A DNA stretch of 24,195 nt, taken from the IMG/VR virus record IMGVR_UViG_3300012933_000045, positions 1 through 24,195 of that record; one strand, written 5' to 3'. Shown piece after piece: positions 1 through 7,080 of the stretch. Under the pieces are notes generated by a model. That model had not been told where the DNA came from. It did not search any database and was given only the letters and a program-made list of their open reading frames with translations. The DNA comes from a virus. Its lineage: Duplodnaviria; Caudoviricetes. Numbering within the stretch: position 1 is the stretch's first letter; each line of letters opens with the position of its first letter. The position numbers were made by a program, and so were the translations under genes.

Positions 1-1647
1 GATGTAGTCAATGAGGTTCGAGTCGCATACTCTGAAGGCTACAAATGCCCTCTGGTTGTTGCCGCAACCGGCGCTGGAAAGACTGTGATGTTTAGCTACA
101 TCGCAAAAAACGCCGCTGAAAAAGGTAGCGCCATCATCATTGCAGCTCACCGCAAAGAGATCATTCGCCAGATCAGTTTGTCGCTGGCCAGGTTCGCATT
201 GCCTCACAACGTCATCGCGCCATCATCGTTGGTTCGTCAGATCAAGATTGCGCAGTTCAAGGCATTTGGTGCTTCGTTTGTTGATTCATCATCGTCAACG
301 ATGGTTGGTTCAGTTCAAACAATCGTTGGCAAATTCGATCAGATGGATGCAGCTGTGAGTGCCTTGTCAAAGCGAATCGGAAGGCCAGCAAAGGCAATCA
401 CGATCATTGATGAGGGTCATCATTGCACCGACAACACAATGTGGGGTCGCGTCATGGAGAAGTATGGGCCAAAGGCTGGCAATGTCGGCCTGATAGTTAC
501 AGCCTCACCAGAGCGTCTGGATGGCAAAGGGCTAGGCAAAGGTCACGGAGGTTACGCCGACACGATCATCGAGGCTCCACCGATGACTTGGCTGATAGAA
601 AGCGGGTTCCTATCTCCGTACCGAGTATTCACCGCGCAGCATCAGATTGATGTCTCGTCGGTAAAAACACGGATGGGTGATTTCGCAACCAAGGAATTGC
701 AAGACGTGGTGGACAAGCCAAAGATCACGGGTGACGCGATCACGCATTGGCGAAAACATGCAATGGGCAAAAAGACGGCCATCTTCTGCGTGTCTGTGGA
801 GCACAGCAAGCACGTTGCAGCCGAGTTCAATGCCAATGGAATACCAGCGGCTCACATTGACGGTGGCACTGACGATTCTGAACGTGACAAGGCGATTATC
901 GACTTTGCTGATGGCAAGGTCTCGGTCATCACCAACGTCAATATCTTGAGCGAGGGCTTCGACTTGGCCAGCATTGCGCAAAAGGATGTGACCATTGATT
1001 GTGTGATTGATCTGGCCCCCACTCAGTCGCTGGTGAATGCCATGCAAAGATGGGGCAGAGCCTTGCGTCCTGCGGTTGGAAAAACTGCAATCATTCTCGA
1101 CCATGCTGGCAACGTGATGCGTCATGGCTTGCCAGATGAGGAGCGAGTCTGGACGCTGGAAGGCGTAAAGAAAAAGAAGCGTAAATCAGACCTAGACGAC
1201 GAAGACGATGTAAAAGTAAAGTCATGCCCTAAGTGCTTTGCAATTCACGCTCCAGCGCCGTTTTGTCCAGCTTGTGGCCATGAATACGAGATCAAAGCTC
1301 GAAAGATTGAGCACGTTGACGGAGAGCTGAAGGAAATTGAGCAGGCTCAGATTGAGAAGATGCGCCGTGACCGATTTGTGCAGCAGGGCAAGGCTCAGAC
1401 TGTGCATGAGCTGGTTGCTCAGGGCATGAGTCGTGGAAGGGCAGAAAAGATCATTGAGGCTAGGTTGGCCAAGCAAGAGTTGCAGAACTTGGTTTTCGAC
1501 AAACTGATGGCCATACAAGCCAAAACTGGATTTGGCCCACTCGACACATGTGGCCACACTCGCTCGGAAATCTTGCGCATGAAGCCTAAACAGCTTAAGG
1601 AGCTGAATGCTACAATCACAACTGTGAACAATTTGGAGTCTGTATGA
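1..1647 (+). CDS. Superfamily 2 (DEAD/DEAH-like) DNA helicase with C-terminal Zn finger; 5'-truncated by the window edge
   Basis: Frame 1 is open from base 1 (DVVNEVRVAYSEGYKCPLVVAATGAGKTVM), so Walker A ATGAGKT lies upstream of the track's start at 85. Motif II IIDEGHH, motif III TAS, motif V LSEGFD, motif VI QRWGRALR, and CPKC..CPAC zinc ribbon are present. Confidence 0.92.
   Translation, partial: DVVNEVRVAYSEGYKCPLVVAATGAGKTVMFSYIAKNAAEKGSAIIIAAHRKEIIRQISLSLARFALPHNVIAPSSLVRQIKIAQFKAFGASFVDSSSSTMVGSVQTIVGKFDQMDAAVSALSKRIGRPAKAITIIDEGHHCTDNTMWGRVMEKYGPKAGNVGLIVTASPERLDGKGLGKGHGGYADTIIEAPPMTWLIESGFLSPYRVFTAQHQIDVSSVKTRMGDFATKELQDVVDKPKITGDAITHWRKHAMGKKTAIFCVSVEHSKHVAAEFNANGIPAAHIDGGTDDSERDKAIIDFADGKVSVITNVNILSEGFDLASIAQKDVTIDCVIDLAPTQSLVNAMQRWGRALRPAVGKTAIILDHAGNVMRHGLPDEERVWTLEGVKKKKRKSDLDDEDDVKVKSCPKCFAIHAPAPFCPACGHEYEIKARKIEHVDGELKEIEQAQIEKMRRDRFVQQGKAQTVHELVAQGMSRGRAEKIIEARLAKQELQNLVFDKLMAIQAKTGFGPLDTCGHTRSEILRMKPKQLKELNATITTVNNLESV
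1608..1628 (+). promoter_or_regulatory. Extended -10 promoter (TGcTACAAT) overlapping a TCACA-N2-TGTGA palindrome (candidate operator) upstream of the Cro-like gene
   Basis: TG-C-TACAAT at 1608-1616, TCACAACTGTGA at 1616-1627, GGAG SD at 1635-1638 and ATG at 1644. Confidence 0.5.
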
Positions 1648-1835
1648 CCTTGGAACAAGCAATAAAACATTACAAGACACAGCGCAAGCTGGCTGAGGTC
1701 TTAGAGGTCTGCGAGCCTTGCATTAGCAACTGGCGCACTCGTGGCCGTATTCCCGCAATGGCGCAGCTGAAGATTCAGAAGTTGAGCCGTGGCAAATTAA
1801 AAGCAGACATTGACGTTTTTGGAGTCAGAAAATGA
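1644..1835 (+). CDS. Cro-like helix-turn-helix transcriptional regulator
   Basis: 63 aa; QRKLAEVLEVCEPCISNW HTH followed by GRIP...IQKLSRGKLKAD, typical of Cro/YdaS-like proteins. ATGA overlap with the helicase stop. Confidence 0.85.
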   Translation: MTLEQAIKHYKTQRKLAEVLEVCEPCISNWRTRGRIPAMAQLKIQKLSRGKLKADIDVFGVRK

Positions 1836-2134
1836 GTTTTGCAGAAGTAGAAATGAAGGTGATTGTTTGGGGTGAAGCTCGAAAGATCATCCAGAACGGA
1901 ACTGCAATTTCGCAGGCAATAAAGACTCTTGAAGAGACGACAGAACTTCTTGATGCTATCAACCGAGATGACATGGATGATATCGAGGATGCCATTGGAG
2001 ATATCGTCGTGACGCTTATTATGGTGTGCGCAATCAAAGACCTAAATCTTGTGAGTTGCGTGGAGAAGGCTTATTCTGAAATAAAAAATAGAAAAGGTCA
2101 TCTAACTCCTCAAGGTACATTCATCAAAGAATAA
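1832..2134 (+). CDS. MazG-like nucleotide pyrophosphohydrolase
   Basis: 100 aa; KTLEETTELLDA...EDAIGDIVVTLI carries the EExxE/ExxD metal-binding pattern, and AYSEIKNRKG..GTFIKE is typical of short phage MazG proteins. Confidence 0.85.
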   Translation: MSFAEVEMKVIVWGEARKIIQNGTAISQAIKTLEETTELLDAINRDDMDDIEDAIGDIVVTLIMVCAIKDLNLVSCVEKAYSEIKNRKGHLTPQGTFIKE

Positions 2135-2162
2135 AAAATTTGTGAGTATGTTTAACATTCTG

Positions 2163-2171
2163 TGATATACT
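2163..2171 (+). promoter_or_regulatory. Extended -10 promoter TGaTATACT
   Basis: Lies in the AT-rich gap 2135-2205; AGGA SD precedes the GTG at 2206. No convincing -35. Confidence 0.45.
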
Positions 2172-2205
2172 CTTTTCATCGCAACAACGATAGATAGGAA
2201 ACAAA

Positions 2206-2406
2206 GTGAAAAAATTATTGAAAATCAAAGACTTGGCTGAGATTCTTGGCCGTTCTCCGGTGACTGTTCGTGTGGATGTTTCGCGCCGTCCAGAGACTTT
2301 ACCTCCGCGCATTGTGATGCCAGGCTCAAACCGTGTCGTCTGGGATGAAGAGGACGTAAAGACTTGGCTGGCCAACCAGAAACGCAGCAATGTGGTGGTT
2401 GTATGA
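2206..2406 (+). CDS. AlpA/excisionase-like HTH DNA-binding protein
   Basis: LLKIKDLAEILGRSPVTVR...LPPRIVMPGSNRVVWDEEDVKTWL fits the AlpA/Xis-type winged-helix pattern. GTG start. Confidence 0.75.
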   Translation: MKKLLKIKDLAEILGRSPVTVRVDVSRRPETLPPRIVMPGSNRVVWDEEDVKTWLANQKRSNVVVV

Positions 2407-2603
2407 CAGCAGAAGGAATCGAAGCAAAAGTCTGCGCCGACATCGCTGCGCGTCAGATGCTTGGCATGTCCAAGTACGGAGTCAGCGTACAGAACAACCC
2501 ATTACAGCTGCGCGAGTGGCTTCAACACGCATACGAAGAGTGTCTCGATCAAGCCGTGTACTTGCGCAGGGCAATGCAGGAAATCGACAAGGAGCAAAAA
2601 TGA
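2403..2603 (+). CDS. Small phage protein, possible all-alpha NTP pyrophosphatase-like
   Basis: Start revised to ATG 2403 (ATGA overlap with the previous stop). KYG...REWLQHAYEECLDQAVYL contains an EExxD helix. Confidence 0.65.
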   Translation: MTAEGIEAKVCADIAARQMLGMSKYGVSVQNNPLQLREWLQHAYEECLDQAVYLRRAMQEIDKEQK

Positions 2604-2761
2604 ACATTTACCTAGTTGGTAAAGAATTTATTGGGTCGAAGCATCCATACATGCCAGCGATAGAAGGCCCATTTGGTCGCAAAGTCTGTTTGACTGAGCG
2701 TTTAATGAATATCGCATCTGCCTTTATGTTGGTGATGCTTGTTGCACTGTCAATCATATGA
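2600..2761 (+). CDS. Hypothetical protein with C-terminal hydrophobic helix (53 aa)
   Basis: Start revised to ATG 2600 (AAGGAG SD, ATGA overlap): MNIYLVGKEF...IASAFMLVMLVALSII. Confidence 0.55.
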   Translation: MNIYLVGKEFIGSKHPYMPAIEGPFGRKVCLTERLMNIASAFMLVMLVALSII

Positions 2762-3090
2762 GAACAAAAGACTGGATCAGCAAACTTCTAACCGAGAACC
2801 CAGAAGGGTTGACCATGCGAGAGCTTTGCCTTGCTTCTGGCATTACCGACAAGGTTGTCAGAGATGCAATCTCAAGGATGGACTTGGTTTACATCGACCA
2901 TTGGGTTAAGTCTCGACAAGGCCCGATGTCATCCGTATGGAAGATCATTCCTAAGCCGGTGAATGCAGAACGGCCAAAGACTGAAGAAGGACTTCAGGTT
3001 CGTAAATCAAAGTTTGAGCCAGAGAAGCCGCGAGAAATTTACACGCCAAAAAAGACTCAGTGGGCATTCCCACCACCTTGGATGAACTAG
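2758..3090 (+). CDS. Hypothetical protein, probable winged-HTH N-terminus
   Basis: LLTENPEGLTMRELCLASGITDKVVRDAISRM resembles a wHTH. ATGA-coupled. Confidence 0.6.
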   Translation: MRTKDWISKLLTENPEGLTMRELCLASGITDKVVRDAISRMDLVYIDHWVKSRQGPMSSVWKIIPKPVNAERPKTEEGLQVRKSKFEPEKPREIYTPKKTQWAFPPPWMN

Positions 3091-3098
3091 GAGAAGAC

Positions 3099-3239
3099 AT
3101 GGAAGATGAAGACGAAATCTGTTCATGGTGCAGTGGTTCAGGTGAGGGTATGTATGACGGTGCAACTTGCCGTAAGTGCCATGGCTCTGGCGTTGAGCCT
3201 GTTGAGAAAGAAAAGGATGACTGTTATGACTCAGAATGA
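3099..3239 (+). CDS. 46-aa DnaJ-type zinc-finger miniprotein (not in ORF track)
   Basis: Hand translation MEDEDEICSWCSGSGEGMYDGATCRKCHGSGVEPVEKEKDDCYDSE has two CxxCxGxG repeats; AGGAG SD upstream. Confidence 0.75.
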   Translation: MEDEDEICSWCSGSGEGMYDGATCRKCHGSGVEPVEKEKDDCYDSE

Positions 3240-3474
3240 AATCATTGAGATTGCTAAAGAAGCTGGTATGGATTATTTGAAATACATAAGCCATGAATCA
3301 TTTGAAAAAGTTATAGCCTTTGCCAAACTGGTATCAGCTAAAGAGCGTGAGGCGTGTGCAAAGATTTGCGAAGAAATGCGTGATGCTTGGGTAAATAGAC
3401 CTGTTCCTTTGCTTGGCTATGCAGTTGAGCATGATGGCGCAGCCAAAGCAATCCGAGCAAGAGGTGAAGCATGA
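3226..3474 (+). CDS. Hypothetical protein, EREACAKxCE...AIRARG family, copy 1
   Basis: Start revised to ATG 3226 (AAGGA SD): MTQNEIIEIAKEAG... Paralogous to the next gene. Confidence 0.7.
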   Translation: MTQNEIIEIAKEAGMDYLKYISHESFEKVIAFAKLVSAKEREACAKICEEMRDAWVNRPVPLLGYAVEHDGAAKAIRARGEA

Positions 3475-3766
3475 ATAAAGAAGTAATCTACAAACAAGTA
3501 ACTCAAATGGCCGAATCTTGTGGGTTTTCAAGGACGCATACTGGAGACGTTGAGCTTTGGTTGTGCAACAAAAACGACCTTGAAGCCTTTGCCCAACTGG
3601 TAGCAAAAGAAATGCGTGAATACATGGTGTTTCAATGTACGCCAAATGATTGGATGAAAGAACACATTGCGGCTGAGCGTGAGGCGTGTGCAAAGGTGTG
3701 CGAAAAACAAATGGAAGATAGTCCGTGGTTTATTGAGGCGGCGGCAGCAATCCGAGCAAGAGGTGA
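3343..3766 (+). repeat. Two pairs of 21-bp exact direct repeats shared by the tandem paralogues
   Basis: GAGCGTGAGGCGTGTGCAAAG at 3343-3363 and 3675-3695; AGCAATCCGAGCAAGAGGTGA at 3447-3467 and 3746-3766. Confidence 0.9.
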
Positions 3767-3773
3767 GTCATGA
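3471..3773 (+). CDS. Hypothetical protein, EREACAKxCE...AIRARG family, copy 2
   Basis: AFAQLV...EREACAKVCE...AAAAIRARGES; GAGGT SD and ATGA overlap. Confidence 0.7.
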   Translation: MNKEVIYKQVTQMAESCGFSRTHTGDVELWLCNKNDLEAFAQLVAKEMREYMVFQCTPNDWMKEHIAAEREACAKVCEKQMEDSPWFIEAAAAIRARGES

Positions 3774-3874
3774 GCTGGCCCTTTCCAACCTACCCACCAA
3801 CACCTTGGACTGCCAAGCAAATCAAAGAATACGCGCAACAACAACGCGCTCAACTACCAGAAAGTCCCTTATGA
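3770..3874 (+). CDS. 34-aa Pro/Trp-rich miniprotein (not in ORF track)
   Basis: MSWPFPTYPPTPWTAKQIKEYAQQQRAQLPESPL; GAGGT SD; ATGA overlaps at both ends. Confidence 0.6.
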   Translation: MSWPFPTYPPTPWTAKQIKEYAQQQRAQLPESPL

Positions 3875-3909
3875 GTGGCTGGCGCAAACGTGGCGGAGGC
3901 AGAAAATGA
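3871..3909 (+). CDS. 12-codon basic mini-ORF MSGWRKRGGGRK
   Basis: Starts in an ATGA overlap with the 3770-3874 stop and ends in an ATGA overlap with the 3906 start. Confidence 0.4.
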   Translation: MSGWRKRGGGRK

Positions 3910-4100
3910 GAAAACCCGTAGGAATAACAGTTCCATACCGAGAGGTTGGATACAAAGAAAAACTAAAGCTGCTTGACCTGACAGATCAAGAGATCACGGA
4001 GATTCTCAGGGACTACAACATGGCTCCAAATCCGCACCGTATGGGCGCGGCTCGTGAAATCATCAGATCATTTCTTGAAAAGAACGGGATTACAAAATGA
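3906..4100 (+). CDS. Hypothetical protein (64 aa)
   Basis: GGAGG SD; ATGA-coupled; LTDQEI...EKNG ending as in many small phage accessory proteins. Confidence 0.6.
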   Translation: MRKPVGITVPYREVGYKEKLKLLDLTDQEITEILRDYNMAPNPHRMGAAREIIRSFLEKNGITK

Positions 4101-4297
4101 AATACATCGACCACATCGCATATCCAATCATGCTGGCCGTAATCTATGTGCTCATTGGCTTGGTAAACTGGGATAGAAGCCCTGCAAATTGGAGCATGGA
4201 GCATCGCATCCTCTGGATCGTTTGGGCGCTTGCATGGGGCTTTGCGCTACGTCTGCGCATACTTCGTGAGAATGGGAAGATCAAATGGACGCTATAG
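4097..4297 (+). CDS. Small membrane protein (two predicted TM helices)
   Basis: Hydrophobic stretches IAYPIMLAVIYVLIGLV and ILWIVWALAWGFAL. ATGA-coupled. Confidence 0.6.
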   Translation: MKYIDHIAYPIMLAVIYVLIGLVNWDRSPANWSMEHRILWIVWALAWGFALRLRILRENGKIKWTL

Positions 4298-4398
4298 AAA
4301 ACATCGCTCTGATAATTTTCTTGCTGGCTCTTGGTGTTGGCCTGACTGTTGCCGTACTGATCGGATTTATTTACGTTGTCGAGTTTATGAATGACTGA
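4285..4398 (+). CDS. 37-aa single-TM miniprotein (not in ORF track)
   Basis: MDAIENIALIIFLLALGVGLTVAVLIGFIYVVEFMND fills the gap in the + strand operon. Confidence 0.55.
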   Translation: MDAIENIALIIFLLALGVGLTVAVLIGFIYVVEFMND

Positions 4399-4561
4399 CC
4401 AAAAAGACACTCTTGATGAAGCTCGCAGTGCTCTTCAATCAATGCTGGCTGGCGTTAGCTGCACCCCGATGGAGAGAGAATTCTTCATCAGGGGCTTTAC
4501 TATTGCGCACAAAATTCAGCAAGAGAAATTATTCGCTATCCTTGAAATCATCCATAAATAA
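4391..4561 (+). CDS. 56-aa hypothetical protein (not in ORF track), last + strand gene
   Basis: MTDQKDTLDEARSALQSMLAGVSCTPMEREFFIRGFTIAHKIQQEKLFAILEIIHK; overlaps the previous stop and, convergently, the endolysin 3' end. Confidence 0.45.
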   Translation: MTDQKDTLDEARSALQSMLAGVSCTPMEREFFIRGFTIAHKIQQEKLFAILEIIHK

Positions 4562-5053
4562 AGCTATTTCCTCATCTCTGCGCTTTACAAGACCTGGAAG
4601 AACTTTTCCGCCACCCTTTGTCCAATCTTTAAACGAATTGGCTGCGCCATCCCAATCTTCCCTGCCAATCTTTATACGAATGGTAGAGCGCTGAAAATTC
4701 CCCAATCCAGCGTTGAAGGAAAAAGAAACGCAAGCGTCGAACGCACCTTGATGACCAACCAGATTGGGAGCAAGTCGAAGAACACCACGTTCAAAACTTG
4801 CGATGTCCTGTGCGAATAGAGCTTTGATTTCATCTTTTGACCAAACCCTGTTATCTGCTTGTTTCAATGGAAACTCTTTGCGAATCATCGGAATTTCTTT
4901 GCCTTCGACTCGCATCATTGGCAAACGAATTTGCTCTTGGTAAAGCACATGGCCCCAACCAATCGTCCAAATATGCGCTGGGCACAAGTACGGCTTATCT
5001 CGAAAGCCTTCGTACTTGTGCATCATCAATGCACCTTTTTCGCTTAGTCTCAT
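4529..5053 (-). CDS. Endolysin, phage lysozyme (GH24)
   Basis: Start revised to ATG 5053 (MRLSEKG; ATGA overlap). YEGFRDKPYLCPAHIWTIGWGH has E-x8-C-x5-T catalytic spacing; FDACVSFSFNAG and W...GGKVLPGLVKRRDEE also present. Confidence 0.93.
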   Translation of the reverse strand: MRLSEKGALMMHKYEGFRDKPYLCPAHIWTIGWGHVLYQEQIRLPMMRVEGKEIPMIRKEFPLKQADNRVWSKDEIKALFAQDIASFERGVLRLAPNLVGHQGAFDACVSFSFNAGLGNFQRSTIRIKIGREDWDGAANSFKDWTKGGGKVLPGLVKRRDEEIALFMDDFKDSE

Positions 5054-5553
5054 TTTTTGCTCTGGCCACGAGAACCAAACCAATACCCAATGATGCCTCC
5101 CAGCATGGCCATTTCATCATCACTAAAGATTTCATTTCCGATCTTGATTAAGTCTTCAACACCTTTAATCATTTCTGGATGCGTCCACACGTAGTAGCCA
5201 AGGCCAACGTTGATAAACAACAATTCAAAAACAAAAAGATATGTGATTACTGGACGAACAGTCCCAACAAAAGTAGAAACCCACGGTGATGCTTTTTCTA
5301 GAATCTTTACCTCATGCTGGTAAGCAGCTTGAGTCATTGCAGCATCAGCTTGAATTGATACTTGATCTGTTCGAATTTCTTCAACCTTAGCTTGAGCTGC
5401 AAAGCCCTGAGCTGCCAGTTGCATTTCTCGATCCGTCTGAATTTTCGCAAGCTCTCGTTCGTGAGATTGATCTGCCTTACTTTGAAATAGCTCAAGCAGC
5501 TTTGGCAATGACGATAGCAAAAGTCCGCCGAGTGTCGAAAATAAAGATAACAT
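5050..5553 (-). CDS. Holin (3-TM, GTA-holin-like)
   Basis: Hydrophobic N-terminus, coiled coil, VRPVITYLF and IIGYWFGSR motifs; immediately upstream of the endolysin. Confidence 0.7.
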   Translation of the reverse strand: MLSLFSTLGGLLLSSLPKLLELFQSKADQSHERELAKIQTDREMQLAAQGFAAQAKVEEIRTDQVSIQADAAMTQAAYQHEVKILEKASPWVSTFVGTVRPVITYLFVFELLFINVGLGYYVWTHPEMIKGVEDLIKIGNEIFSDDEMAMLGGIIGYWFGSRGQSKK

Positions 5554-5741
5554 TATTTTTCCTTTTTCATTTCCTGTTTAAGTTTCCTAAGCTCACGAGC
5601 TTCCTTCTTGATCTCAGCCTTCATCCAAAGAGTGTCAACGTAAGCCATGAAAGAAAATGTGAAAACGACTAGCAGGACAACCAGTACGATCAGATGCGCC
5701 AGAAAGACGCTCGTGCTATCGCTTGATCTCTTACTAGCCAC
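5553..5741 (-). CDS. Small membrane protein (TM helix plus basic coiled-coil tail)
   Basis: VFLAHLIVLVVLLVVFTFSFMAYV followed by a K/E-rich helix. GTG start with weak SD; overlaps the upstream gene by 52 nt. Confidence 0.6.
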   Translation of the reverse strand: MASKRSSDSTSVFLAHLIVLVVLLVVFTFSFMAYVDTLWMKAEIKKEARELRKLKQEMKKEK

Positions 5742-6376
5742 AATATAAGCCCCAAAAAAAGCAACATCAACAAAGCTATACCAGCATCCATAGACTTGAC
5801 ACGAATCTCTTCCATCAGGTCTTCGTGCTCCCTGCGAGCAATCATGTCTTCCCTTGACTGCTTCTCTCTTGCAATACGTTGCTCTTCCTCGATCTGCTCT
5901 CGCATCTCTTCAAATTGACTCCACAGAGCGCCAAGCTCAGGCGGTGAGTGATATACCATCTGCTCCCTCAACTCAACCTGCATTGCCAGCAACTTCTGAC
6001 GAACCAGAATCCTCTTGAGCGCCATTCGCTTCAGGGATACATCTTTGCCTTGCAGTTTCTTTGCCTCGCGCTCTTGCTCCCAGAACAAGGCTTCGAGCCT
6101 GTCAAACGCATCAAACATGTTGCCAAGTTCATCGCCAATCTTGAAGATGACTTCATCTGGATTGGCTTTGGCTACCTCGGCAACACGTTTTTTCTCTTCC
6201 TGAATCTTTTCAGCTTGAGCCTTTGAGACTTTCTTTCCAGCGAACTGGCCAGAAATCTCATCATAGATTTGCTGGACGTTACCAGCAACCCCTTTGACTT
6301 CCTTGTAAAGTGCGCAGCCTTCCTTGACGAGTTGAAACGCAGTGGTGGCCGCGAGTAAAGCCGTCCCGATAGGCAC
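5690..6376 (-). CDS. Coiled-coil protein with C-terminal TM helix, lysis region
   Basis: 228 aa of E/K/Q/R-rich helices ending in AGIALLMLLFLGLILWLV; GTG start abuts the upstream stop. Confidence 0.7.
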   Translation of the reverse strand: MPIGTALLAATTAFQLVKEGCALYKEVKGVAGNVQQIYDEISGQFAGKKVSKAQAEKIQEEKKRVAEVAKANPDEVIFKIGDELGNMFDAFDRLEALFWEQEREAKKLQGKDVSLKRMALKRILVRQKLLAMQVELREQMVYHSPPELGALWSQFEEMREQIEEEQRIAREKQSREDMIARREHEDLMEEIRVKSMDAGIALLMLLFLGLILWLVRDQAIARASFWRI

Positions 6377-6586
6377 TTACTTTTTCATCCAAGCCAATAC
6401 AAAACCGATCAAACCGGAAAGCATAGATGCAACGGCCATGCCAAACCAAAGGCCACCCTTGCCGCGATTGGCAAGCTCAAGCAACTCCTCGATCTGGGAC
6501 TCCATCTTGTCCATTTTCTTGTCCATGTTTTGTACGCGCTCCCAAAGAACGCCATACTTCACTGGGTCAATTTCAGGTTGTTCCAT
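6377..6586 (-). CDS. Small coiled-coil plus C-terminal TM protein (XhlA/holin-like architecture)
   Basis: ERVQNMDKKMDKMESQIEELLELANRGKGGLWFGMAVASMLSGLIGFVLAW. Confidence 0.65.
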   Translation of the reverse strand: MEQPEIDPVKYGVLWERVQNMDKKMDKMESQIEELLELANRGKGGLWFGMAVASMLSGLIGFVLAWMKK

Positions 6587-6589
6587 GCT

Positions 6590-7069
6590 TTACTCTGGTT
6601 GTGTAGGCCACTCAACTTCCCAAGGGAAGCCAGCTTGTGATGGAACGTCACGCAACGCTTGGCAGTACGCATCCCACTCAGGGGTCGTAGTCAGGTCGCG
6701 GCGGTAGCGCCAGTCTGTGGCAGACAGCAACTGATCGCGTGTTGCGCGAACGCTTTTCGCTTGCTCTGCATCCTTGGCTGCTTCATAAGCCGCTTGCTGC
6801 TCTTCTGCCGTTGAGCCTTCAACGTCTGTAAAAACAGGGCCAAGCGAATACTTGGTGTACCACTTGCCGTCAATCTGCTCTACGCCGTTGCGGTAGCTGA
6901 ACTCATAGACTGTAGTTGGAGTAGCCTGTGGGCCTTCAAAAACAACGTCAACGCCAAAGTCGTTGAGCCATTCTTCTGTCAAAGTTGGCGGGATTAGACG
7001 GTCACGAAATTCCTGACGGAAAGCCGACTCTTGGAATACCTCACCTGTGTTACGAATACGAAGTTCCAT
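6590..7069 (-). CDS. Tail fibre assembly chaperone
   Basis: C-terminal VRATRDQLLSATDW...WDAYCQALRDVPSQAGFPWEVEWPTQP is the typical fibre-chaperone motif; directly follows the fibre genes; AGGAG SD. Confidence 0.85.
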   Translation of the reverse strand: MELRIRNTGEVFQESAFRQEFRDRLIPPTLTEEWLNDFGVDVVFEGPQATPTTVYEFSYRNGVEQIDGKWYTKYSLGPVFTDVEGSTAEEQQAAYEAAKDAEQAKSVRATRDQLLSATDWRYRRDLTTTPEWDAYCQALRDVPSQAGFPWEVEWPTQPE

Positions 7070-7080
7070 GTTTTGCTCCT

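Noticed and set aside
2364-2599. Track starts at 2364 and 2390
   Set aside because: They overlap neighbouring genes extensively; ATGA-coupled starts at 2403 and 2600 fit better.
3106-3225. N-terminal extension of the track's 122-aa ORF
   Set aside because: This stretch is better explained by the zinc-finger ORF 3099-3239 in another frame; an SD supports the start at 3226.
3343-3766. CRISPR-like or attachment-site interpretation of the 21-bp repeats
   Set aside because: Only two copies each, in frame within paralogous coding motifs, about 300 nt apart, with no cas or integrase gene in the window.
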